DNA of 55,321 bases from Promethearchaeota archaeon. GTDB taxonomy: Archaea > Asgardarchaeota > Lokiarchaeia > Sigyniarchaeales > SOKP01. The notes below the pieces were generated by a model. It did no database searches, was not told the DNA's origin, and saw nothing but the letters and a program-made list of their open reading frames with translations. Every line of letters starts with the position of its first letter. The first letter of the stretch is position 1. Below are positions 33,780 to 43,500 of the stretch, piece by piece. Where the stretch lies: positions 1 to 55,321 of the forward strand of contig JBHLNT010000004.1 of NCBI GenBank assembly GCA_048941265.1, written 5' to 3'. The translations under genes and the position numbers were made by a program.

Positions 33780-34901
33780 ATGTGTGGAAATCTTACAGTT
33801 GTTCTAGATATCGGTCAATTTTCGTCTAAAGCAGGTTTTGCGGGTGAAGATTTCCCATCTCAAGTGTTTTTTACTATTGTTGGTAAACCAAAATATCATA
33901 ATCTTGATGCGCAATATGGAGGAGGAGCAGAACAAGAAGTATATGTAGGAGAAGAAATTCAATCTCTTGGATTATACAAAATTTTCTCCCCAATTAATAA
34001 AGGAAAAATAATTGATTGGAATTATTTTGAAAATATTTTAGACTATATTTTTTATAATTTAAGAGTTGACCATACTTTAGTAAATGTTTTATTTGCAATT
34101 CATCCGTTATTTCCCAAAAAAGACATAAGGAGATTATTCGAACTCTTTTTAGAGCACTATCAATGTATGGGATTTTATCCCGTTTTAGATTCTTTATGTA
34201 CTCTATATTCGGGAGGATTTCAAACAGGGTTAATTATAGAAATTGGAGATAGTAGTACAAGAATTGTACCGATATATAATGGATATAAAATAGATCATGC
34301 CATTAAAATTTTAGAAATTGGGGGTAGGAATCTTACTCGTTATATGGAAACTCTTTTGGGATCTATTGGTTTTGCTTCAGATTCATCCATTAGGAGAGAA
34401 TTAGTACGAGTTTTAAAAGAAAAAGCTTGTTTTGTTTCTTTAGACTATAAGGAAGATCTTAAAAGAAGTCAAGAATACACAAAACAATATTCATTACCAG
34501 ACGGTTCTACCATTTCTTTGTCAAAAGAAAGATTTACCCTTCCAGAGGCATTATTTAATCCTTCATTAATAAACTTAGAGCATTATTCGCTACCCACGGC
34601 TATTATGCATGTCATTGAATTATGTGATGTTGATATTAGGGCTAAATTATTAAATAATATTTTTTTATCAGGAGGATCTTCTATGTTTCCAAATCTTAAA
34701 AATAGGATTTACCTGGAGCTTGAACTCTTAATGGCAAGAAAAAAAATAGAAAATCAAGGAATTAAAATTATAGCACCAAGAGAGAGAACATTTTCTGTCT
34801 GGGTTGGAGGATCTATTTTATCAATGATTCCAGAATTCTCCGATAATTGGATTACTAGAACAAAATATTATAAAGAAGGGATTCCAGAAGACTTTTTATG
34901 A
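33780..34901 (+). CDS. Actin-family protein (divergent Asgard actin-related protein, eukaryotic signature protein)
   Basis: Colinear with eukaryotic actin: KAGFAGEDFP..F.TIVGKP, YVGEE, VPIYNGY, GGRNLT, LKEKACFVSLD, YSLPDG, ERFTLPEALF, CDVDIR, LSGGSSMFP, IIAPRERTFSVWVGGSIL. Confidence 0.95.
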   Translation: MCGNLTVVLDIGQFSSKAGFAGEDFPSQVFFTIVGKPKYHNLDAQYGGGAEQEVYVGEEIQSLGLYKIFSPINKGKIIDWNYFENILDYIFYNLRVDHTLVNVLFAIHPLFPKKDIRRLFELFLEHYQCMGFYPVLDSLCTLYSGGFQTGLIIEIGDSSTRIVPIYNGYKIDHAIKILEIGGRNLTRYMETLLGSIGFASDSSIRRELVRVLKEKACFVSLDYKEDLKRSQEYTKQYSLPDGSTISLSKERFTLPEALFNPSLINLEHYSLPTAIMHVIELCDVDIRAKLLNNIFLSGGSSMFPNLKNRIYLELELLMARKKIENQGIKIIAPRERTFSVWVGGSILSMIPEFSDNWITRTKYYKEGIPEDFL

Positions 34902-35023
34902 CTTAATTGAAGTATTTTTACATGGAATTTTAATTTCAGTAATCTTAATTTAGATGATATTGAGATATCACATTTTATTAAATAAAATAATTTGATACTC
35001 TTCTTCACTATTAATTATAATTT

Positions 35024-35392
35024 TTGGTGTTTTATTTGGAAGAACTTCCTGAAAATAGTATTAATAAGCACGATCTGATGAGTAAATATGATTTATTTAA
35101 CAAAATCAAGGGAATTAATACACCTGTAAAAAGTGATATTTTAATTGCTCTGTTGGATGGAGAATATCATTCTGAGACAGAATTAATTAGATTAGCGAAA
35201 CGAAGGGGTACAAATTATATGGGAGTAGTAACTTTAGGGACAATGGTCAATTCCTTGAATCATTTGTTAAAAAGTAATTATGTTGAGAAGCAATATTTAA
35301 ATGGAGAAATGCATTACAAGATTTCTGATAACTATGTAGGACTTACACGAGCAGCCTATAACAATTGGCAACAAAAAATGTTTAAGTATTAA
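35024..35392 (+). CDS. Winged-helix-like protein, paralog 1
   Basis: ILIALLDGEYHSETELIR...helix...YVEK..NG..HYKIS wing hairpin; start codon uncertain. Confidence 0.65.
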   Translation: MVFYLEELPENSINKHDLMSKYDLFNKIKGINTPVKSDILIALLDGEYHSETELIRLAKRRGTNYMGVVTLGTMVNSLNHLLKSNYVEKQYLNGEMHYKISDNYVGLTRAAYNNWQQKMFKY

Positions 35393-35397
35393 GGTGT

Positions 35398-35766
35398 GTG
35401 ATTTTGGATAATTTGGGAAAAGAATTAAATATCTCAACACTCATGAAAATTGCTTTTAAGCCCGAATATTCTAATATTTTCAATAAAATCAAAGATATTA
35501 AAACCCCGATTAAAAATCACATTTTATTAAGTTTGTTGGATGGGAAATGGCACGCTGAAAGTGAAATTTTACGGATTACACGAAAACAAAAAGCATATAT
35601 TGGCGCAGTGACATTATCTTCGATGATAAATACCTTAAACCATCAAATGGGTGGTAATAATTATCTTGAAAAAAAAATTGTAAATGGAAGAATATATTAT
35701 AAGATCTCTAATAATTATATTGGGCTTACAAAAGCAGCTTTTACTAAATTCAGGTTTATTGATTAA
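35398..35766 (+). CDS. Winged-helix-like protein, paralog 2
   Basis: ILLSLLDGKWHAESEILR...YLEKKIVNGRIYYKIS; roughly half identical to paralog 1 over ~90 aa by manual alignment. Confidence 0.65.
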   Translation: MILDNLGKELNISTLMKIAFKPEYSNIFNKIKDIKTPIKNHILLSLLDGKWHAESEILRITRKQKAYIGAVTLSSMINTLNHQMGGNNYLEKKIVNGRIYYKISNNYIGLTKAAFTKFRFID

Positions 35767-35772
35767 CAAAAT

Positions 35773-37962
35773 TCATTTCTGAATACAAATTTCATTTGAA
35801 ATCCTAAAGTTCTCACAATTAGAACAGAAACCAATGCCGGTTTGTTCTTTTAATCCTTCCGTCCAGCAGTTGGGGCATATATAATAGAAAAAAGATTTAT
35901 TATTTTTACGACCTGTTATTTTGAACACATTAAAACCACATATTGAGCAAATAGATTTTAAAATGTAGATTCTCCCTTTTTTTGGAACAGATAGATATTT
36001 TTTTTCACATTTATCGTTCGCACATGCAAGAAATCTTTTTCCTTGTTTAGTTGAAATGAGCTTCATACGTTCTTTTTTACAATGTGGGCACAATGAAGTT
36101 GTCATTGGAAAATCTTTAGCAGATACCCCTTTTTGAGATTTATCTTTTAACTTCTTTCTAAAATCATTTATTTTTGGTATTAATTTCTTTTTATTTATTA
36201 GAAATTTATCAAATAATTCCAAGAATTCTTTTTTGACAAGATCAATTACTTCATTCAATTTCTTTCGTTGTTCTTTTATATCTTCAATTAAATCTTCTAT
36301 AAATCTCGTAAAATGGGGTTCCAGAAAAGGTAACCATATGCCCTTTAAATTTTCAATCAAAAATTCCCCTAAATCACTTACAAAATACTGCCGATTACTT
36401 CGATATATAAGTTTTCGGTCTTGTAGCAATTGAATAATTAAAGGACGTGTTGCTTTTGTACCTAAATGATTTCTTTCCATGAGTTTTAATAGAGTAGTGT
36501 CAGTATATCTTGGAGGAGGTTGGGTTTCTTTCTCCTCATAAAAAATAAGATCAATGGGTATCTGAGTTCCAATTATATTGACTTCTGGATTATAACTCTT
36601 TTTTAGAAAGGGAGCAATCTCTAAGAAGCCTTCTGAAATCAAAGAAATAAATTGCCCATTAAAAGGTTCTTCTTTTATGGATACATTTAAGATAGTCTTA
36701 ACTTCAGTTGCATCTTTGCCAAATAGAGCAAGATAATGTCTTGCCAACAGATCATATACTTTTTTTTGAATTTCATTCTCGAATTTAGAACTGCTTAAAC
36801 TTAAACACTCTAAAGGTGTAATAGGGGGATGATCACCTGCATCTCTTTTTCCTTTTGTAGGATAAACACGATTTTCTCTTATTAAAGTTGATGTATAATT
36901 TGCATAAGTATTTCCAGTAAAGTGTGAGCTAAACTTTTTCAGATATTCAAGGTGATTAAAATTACTTTTATATACATCGCTATCCGTTCTTGGATAAGAA
37001 ATAATTTTGTTAAGATAAAGATCTGACATAGTTTTTAAAGCTAAATTCGGGCTAATTTTCAAAATTTTAGTTAATAACACAAGTGCTTTCGAAGTATTCA
37101 ACGGAGTAGGAGGAGTTTTTTTCTTATTACTTTTATCATTGTTAATAACTTTTGCTGTTTTCTCATCTTTAACATCTTCAAATATTCTTTTCGCTTCAAC
37201 CTCCTTCTCTTTTTTAAATGGATTTAATTTATGAGATACTTTCATAGTATTATTATTAATAATTAGATTTGCCCCTATTGTAAAATATTGTTCAGGATTA
37301 AAGCTGTCAATTAATTGATCTCTTAAATAAATTAAATATAATAATGATGTTTGAACACGCCCAATTGATACAAAAAAACGATTGAATTTTTTTAATAATG
37401 GTTGAATAGTATTTGTAAGTTCGCGAGTCGCTGAAAATCCTATAACAGCATCAATTATTGCCCTTGCTTCTCCAGATTCTCCCCAGCTCCACTTTGGAAA
37501 GATTAAATTATTAAATTTATCCTGAATTTCCTTTTTTTGTAAGGAATTTAGCCACATTTGAGAAATTTTTATGGTAGGATTAACTTGTTTAACAAATGGA
37601 TACGCATCGAAGAGTCCAATATTAACACCTTCTATATCAGCGTCAGTACTGATAATACATTCAGTACATAATTTTGAATATTCTCTCAAAGCTTTTATAT
37701 AAGGATAGGCATACTTTTCTGGAATCTTTTCAATTGCATTTGGATTAGTGATTATTTCTCGCGGAATTGATTTAGTCCAACTTTTGTATTCTTCAGTGTT
37801 TTTATAGCTAAGAAGATGTCCTCTTAAAGGTATGACATATAAATCTTTAGAAGAGACATAATAGATATTAATCTTTGATTTTTTTATAACACTAACAGTA
37901 CCTATAGCTTCTGCGATTGCTTTTGCTGCCTTATCTTTTTCAGCAATTAATAATATTGGCAT
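35773..37962 (-). CDS. topA: Type IA DNA topoisomerase (Topo I/III) with C-terminal zinc ribbons
   Basis: TOPRIM LIAEK, GHL, TDADIEG; SIGRVQT; catalytic ISYPRTDS; DHPPITP; LGTKATR; multiple CxxC at the C-terminus. Confidence 0.95.
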   Translation of the reverse strand: MPILLIAEKDKAAKAIAEAIGTVSVIKKSKINIYYVSSKDLYVIPLRGHLLSYKNTEEYKSWTKSIPREIITNPNAIEKIPEKYAYPYIKALREYSKLCTECIISTDADIEGVNIGLFDAYPFVKQVNPTIKISQMWLNSLQKKEIQDKFNNLIFPKWSWGESGEARAIIDAVIGFSATRELTNTIQPLLKKFNRFFVSIGRVQTSLLYLIYLRDQLIDSFNPEQYFTIGANLIINNNTMKVSHKLNPFKKEKEVEAKRIFEDVKDEKTAKVINNDKSNKKKTPPTPLNTSKALVLLTKILKISPNLALKTMSDLYLNKIISYPRTDSDVYKSNFNHLEYLKKFSSHFTGNTYANYTSTLIRENRVYPTKGKRDAGDHPPITPLECLSLSSSKFENEIQKKVYDLLARHYLALFGKDATEVKTILNVSIKEEPFNGQFISLISEGFLEIAPFLKKSYNPEVNIIGTQIPIDLIFYEEKETQPPPRYTDTTLLKLMERNHLGTKATRPLIIQLLQDRKLIYRSNRQYFVSDLGEFLIENLKGIWLPFLEPHFTRFIEDLIEDIKEQRKKLNEVIDLVKKEFLELFDKFLINKKKLIPKINDFRKKLKDKSQKGVSAKDFPMTTSLCPHCKKERMKLISTKQGKRFLACANDKCEKKYLSVPKKGRIYILKSICSICGFNVFKITGRKNNKSFFYYICPNCWTEGLKEQTGIGFCSNCENFRISNEICIQK

Positions 37963-38140
37963 TTACTTAATTATAATTTAAAATAACTTTCTTTTTTACT
38001 TTAATAAATAACTGCTTAATATTTAAATAAAAAACAAATTAAGAGCCGAGAGTCAATTAATTTTCAAATAATACATGAAATGAGAATTATTTATCATTAG
38101 AGAAATTTAATGCACTTGATATATAAAAAGTATAATTAAT

Positions 38141-40189
38141 TTAGATCGGAAGCGTAAAATATATAGTTGTACCCTTATTTGGACCCTCTGAAGTTGCCCA
38201 TATCTTACCTCCATGTGCTTCGATGAATCCCTTCGAAATGTATAAGCCAAGTCCCGTGCCTTTTTTGTAATTCTCATCATTGATTTGTTTTACCATCTCG
38301 AATTTTTTAAATAATTTTTCTAGTTCACCTTCATTTAATCCTATCCCATTATCTTTAAATTCAAAGATGTATTGATTTAGGGTTTCCTCCTTTTCAACTT
38401 TTATTTCAATCTTGCCGTTCTCTGGTGTAAATTTGATAGCATTCGATAATAAATTTGAAATGATCTGAAAGAAACGATCGGGATCTATAAGTAATTTGAT
38501 ATTATCACTGATATTTATAACGGTTTCGTGATTTTTTTCTTTAATAAGATAACTTAACTCATTTACACACCTTTTAATTATCTTGCTCACATTTGTTACT
38601 TCTCTATTTAGTTCCATTTTATGAGATTCAATCTTCATAACATCCAAGAGTTGGTTCATTAACTTACCTAATCGTTCAATATTTCTCTGAACAATAAGCA
38701 AATCTTCTTTAATTTCCGGATCTAGCTCCTTATATTTATATAATATATAATCAGTATAACCAGAAATGGATATTAAGGGCGTTTTTAATTCATGAGCAGC
38801 GTGGGTAATAAATTCATCCTTTATTTTATCGAGTTTTTGTAGTTCCATATTCTTTTTTTCCAACTCCATTGTTCTTTCTCTTACTTTTTCCTCGAGTTTT
38901 TTATTTAAACTTTTTAATTCCTCTTCTGATTCTCTTAATTTTTCTTCTATTATTTTACGCTCGGTTATATCTCTTGAAACCGTGAACATTCTTAAAGGAT
39001 TTCCTTTATCATCGTATGATGTATTTCCAATTGATTCAAACCATTTAAATTTTCCATCCTTAGATTTAAATCTCGACAGATTTACTATATTATGCCCGTT
39101 AATTCCATTTTTAAAATCATGTAGTATTTTTTCTTTATCTTCTGGATGGGCAAAATCTAAAGGTGATTTTCCAATTAGTTCTTTTGGAGTATACCCCATT
39201 ATTTTCTTAAATGATTCATTACAATATAAAAACCTACCATTCGTATCTAAAATAAATACTAAATCATTTATATTTTCAGAAATAAGTCTATATTTTTCCT
39301 CCGATTCTTGTATTTTTAAATCTACTTCCTTCCTTTCTGTTATATCTTCATAAGTTAACAAGATTCCAACTACATTTCCTTTGGAATCATGTAGAGGGAT
39401 TCTATTTATATCAAACCAAATATTTCTATTATGATCGTTCCAAGATTCAATAATATGTAAATCAGCAATATCATTTTCTATTACGCGCATGTCATTGATT
39501 CGTGAAGTAAAAACATACTCTTCTCCCCACCTTAAATCAAAATCTGTCTTTCCTATTATATCTTTTCCGTCTTCAAGTCCCATCAACTGAATAAAATTAG
39601 TATTACTTCCTAAATAGATAAGATTTTTATCTTTCCATGCAATATATTGAGGAATGCTATCCATTACTAATTTTAACATTTCTTGAGATTCTTGGTAGGC
39701 GGCTATAGCTTGTTTTGGTTGAAGGAACTTCCAAAAACGAATTTCGGTTAGGTTATCTATCATTTCTTTAAATCGATCTTCACTCTTTCGAGTTATCACT
39801 GTTTTTGGTTTTTTAATTTCTTTAGCTATAAGGAGAACCTTGATTTTCCCATCTTTATCAAAAAATCTCACTGCTTTCATTGTTACCCAGATATAACTCC
39901 CATCTTTACATTTGAGCCTAGTTTCACCTTCATTTTCTCCATTAGTAAAAACTCTTCTTAGACTCTTACGCGTCTTTTTTTGATCTTTAGGATGGATTAA
40001 ATCAGTTGCTATTTTCCCCATTAAATCTTTTTCAGTATATGCTGTCAATTTCTTATGCGCTTTAGAATTAACATATTCGAATTGAGATTGATCATTTAGA
40101 ATTGCAATTAGATCAGAAACATCTTCAGATACAAGCTTAAATAAACTTTTTGAATCGAAAACTTGGAGTTTATTCATTATATCGACCAT
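38141..40189 (-). CDS. Soluble histidine kinase with 3 PAS domains
   Basis: AAHELKTPL, NLLSNAIKFT, DNGIG, GTGLGL. Confidence 0.95.
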   Translation of the reverse strand: MVDIMNKLQVFDSKSLFKLVSEDVSDLIAILNDQSQFEYVNSKAHKKLTAYTEKDLMGKIATDLIHPKDQKKTRKSLRRVFTNGENEGETRLKCKDGSYIWVTMKAVRFFDKDGKIKVLLIAKEIKKPKTVITRKSEDRFKEMIDNLTEIRFWKFLQPKQAIAAYQESQEMLKLVMDSIPQYIAWKDKNLIYLGSNTNFIQLMGLEDGKDIIGKTDFDLRWGEEYVFTSRINDMRVIENDIADLHIIESWNDHNRNIWFDINRIPLHDSKGNVVGILLTYEDITERKEVDLKIQESEEKYRLISENINDLVFILDTNGRFLYCNESFKKIMGYTPKELIGKSPLDFAHPEDKEKILHDFKNGINGHNIVNLSRFKSKDGKFKWFESIGNTSYDDKGNPLRMFTVSRDITERKIIEEKLRESEEELKSLNKKLEEKVRERTMELEKKNMELQKLDKIKDEFITHAAHELKTPLISISGYTDYILYKYKELDPEIKEDLLIVQRNIERLGKLMNQLLDVMKIESHKMELNREVTNVSKIIKRCVNELSYLIKEKNHETVINISDNIKLLIDPDRFFQIISNLLSNAIKFTPENGKIEIKVEKEETLNQYIFEFKDNGIGLNEGELEKLFKKFEMVKQINDENYKKGTGLGLYISKGFIEAHGGKIWATSEGPNKGTTIYFTLPI

Positions 40190-40502
40190 TTAAATCCCCT
40201 ATGTTAATATTTGTTTTATAAAAAAATATCTTTATCACAAAATTAACTATTATGTAAATATTATAAAACATTAAAATCTATTAAAAAAACTCTAAAGATT
40301 TTTAAAATTTTATATGTAAACAAAAAGAATATAATATTTATTTTATAAAAATCCTCTTATGAATCTAATAAGAATTCTTTTTTTCCTTATTACAATTTCT
40401 ATAACCTCATAACTGCATCACTGAGAGATGAGATTTGTCGAATTCTTATTATTAAGGAAATAAAAGTGCAGGAACTATTGGGGCTATTATATAAATTTAT
40501 AA

Positions 40503-43500
40503 TCATTTAAAAGGAAGCGTAAAACAAAATTCTGAACCGGTTCCTTTCCCTTCTGAAATCGCCCATATCTTCCCACCATGTTCTTCAATAATCCCCTTTG
40601 TTATATAAAGACCTAATCCACTACCAGATTCAAACGCTGAAGAACTTTCAGGATTTTTTTCTAACATTACAAACTTTTCAAATAAATGCTTTATTTGCTC
40701 TTTCCTTATTCCTATTCCAGAATCCTTAACTTTAAATAAAAATTTATTATCTTTTTCGACTTTTTCGGAGGAAATTTTAATATTACCTTTATCAGGTGTA
40801 TATTTGATAGCATTTGATAATAAATTTGTAAATACCTGGGAAATTCGATCAGAATCAACCTCTAATGATAAATTATCTTTTATTAATAACTCCACATTTA
40901 ATTTCTTTTGATTTATTTGATAGTCTAATTCATTTATGCAATCCTGAACTATAAGTCTTACATTTGTAATCTCTTTATTGAGTTCCATTTTTTTTGCTTC
41001 AATTTTTAATACATCCATTAGCTGCTCAATATATGTCTCTAATCTCTTTACATTATTTTGAACTCTCAATAAATCATCTATTATTTCAGCATCCAAGTTA
41101 TCATACTTCGTCAGAATTAAGTCTGTATAGCCTCCTATTGATATTAACGGAGTTTTTAATTCATGACTTACCATAGTTAAGAAGTTTGTTTTTAATTGAT
41201 CTAACTTCTGTAGTTCAATATTTTGTTCTCTTAATTTCTGTTCAGAGGCTTTCAATTTCTGTTCAAGCTCGAATTTTTCGGTAATATCGATAAAAGTACC
41301 CTCTACTTCTATAGGTTCTCCTTTTTCATTTCTAATCAAATGAGAATGTATTTGTAAAATTAATTTATTTCCATTTTTATCATTTACTTTAGCAATATAA
41401 TTTTGGATAAATCCATTCTTCATTAATTCATCATAATATCTTGTTTTTTCCATTGGATCAACGAAGAACTGATCTGTCCTAATTCCGTTTAAATTTTCAT
41501 TTGGATCGAACCCTAATATCTTATTTAGTGTGGAATTATGTATTAATAAACCTCCTCCAATTTGACCTCTATAAAAACCCACATCTAAATTATTAATCAT
41601 ATTCCGATATTTTTTCTCAGATTCTATTAATTGTTCTTCAGCTTTTTTCTTATCAGTAATATCAATCATGACGTTTAAATCAGCCACTTCTCCCTGAAAT
41701 TGAATAAATTTTGAATAAAGCTCAACCCATTTAATTTTCCCCGATTTTGTTACATATCTAAAGCTATATCGAGCAGCAGTTTCTTTACCTGCTCTTTGTT
41801 TATTTTGTATTTGTTCAAGTATATACGGGAAATCGTCTGAATAAATCCTTTTGAGAAAATAATTTCGTTTCCATCCAATCATTTCTTCGAAAGAAAATTC
41901 AGTAATCTCTGACATTGCTTTATTAGCATATACAATAAATCCTTTTTTAATAATTCCGATTCCCAATAAAGAATTCTCTGCCATTGTTCGGAAATTTTCT
42001 TCTGATTCCTTTAATTCTTTAGTTCTTTCAAGCACTTTTTGTTCTAATTCTTTATTTAATCGTTTCAATTGTTCATCCGCTTTTTTAATTTTTTCTTCTG
42101 CTTTTTTCCGTTCGGTTACGTCTCTGGAAATCGTTATTACTCTCATCCTATTATCCTTGTCGTAAAAGACTTTTGCTTTTACTTCCACCCAGAGATAGTG
42201 CCCATCTTTATGCCTGACTCTAAATGTTCCACTATCTTCTGTTAAACCCTCTTTAAGTCGTGCAAAACCATAATTCGCATCATCTGGATGAGCAAAATTT
42301 AAAATAGATTTGCCAAGAAGATCTTCTTTAGTATATCCCAATACTTTTAAGTGAGTTTTTTCATTAATATATTCATATCTAGCGCGATTATTAAGCAAAG
42401 AAATCAAATCATTTACATTTTCTGTAATTAATCGATATTTTCCTTCTGATTCCTTAATTTTTTCCTCAGCTTCCTTTTTATCAGAGATATCCATTGCTAC
42501 TGCAATAACTTTAATTGAATCATCAATTTCCACTAAACTTCCCCTAACAAAAATGGGAATGTAATGACCATCCTGATGACGCACTCTTAACTCAGCCGAC
42601 ATTATTGGCCCATTTATTTTTATAATATTCATTATCCCTTTAAGTATATGCACATCTTTGGGGTGAATGAATTTATATACATTTTTACCAATAAGATTCT
42701 CTGGTTTAAATCCAAAGATATCAAAACATTGAGGACTAATATATATAAAATTAAGCTCTAAATCTAATTCTACTATGATATCTGAAATATTATTTATAAT
42801 ATTACGATACTTTTCTTCCGATTTCTTTAATTTTTGTTCTAATACATATTTTTCTGTAACATCTCTGATTAATCCATTAAATCCCACTTTTTCTCCATCT
42901 GTATTGTATCTTAAATATACTGAGATCTCAATTATTATTTCCATTCCATCTTTTCTGGTAATTTTATGAATAGAATCATATAATCCCACTCCAGTCTCAT
43001 AAATTTTGTTAAGGCTCTGATAAATTTCTTTCTTAGTTTGAGAGTCAACAAAAATCTTGAAATTTTTATCCAATAATTCTTTTCTTGGATAACCAATGAT
43101 TTCACAAAATGATTCATTTATGAACTTAATATTCCCAATCAAATCGGTTTCAAAATAGCCAGCCTTTAATTTTTCATGAAGTTCCCGATATTTGCTTTCA
43201 GATTCTTTAATTCTCTGCTCAAGAATAAACCTTTCAGTTATATCCTCATAAGTGGTGAGGATTCCAACAACATCATTATCAAGATTAGAAAGTGGCATTC
43301 GATTAATATTATACCATACTTTACTACCATTAGGTAAAATCCAGTCTTCAATTGCATTATACTCTGCAGTCCCACTTTTAATAACGTGTTGCTCAGCTTT
43401 TCTAATTTTTTCTAGTTTATATTTTAGCCAGATTAAATCTTTGTCCTTTTTACTTATGATATGATTTGGATCAGTAAAGCCATTAATTAAAGCATAATTT

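Noticed and set aside
34899-34910. TGA ending the actin gene as selenocysteine
   Set aside because: It falls at the expected actin C-terminus, another TGA follows three codons later, and I recognised no SECIS-like hairpin.
40349-40502. Slightly GC-richer spacer between the two kinases as an sRNA or short ORF
   Set aside because: No ATG-initiated ORF of useful length, no convincing C/D boxes, tRNA fold or stable hairpin seen by eye.
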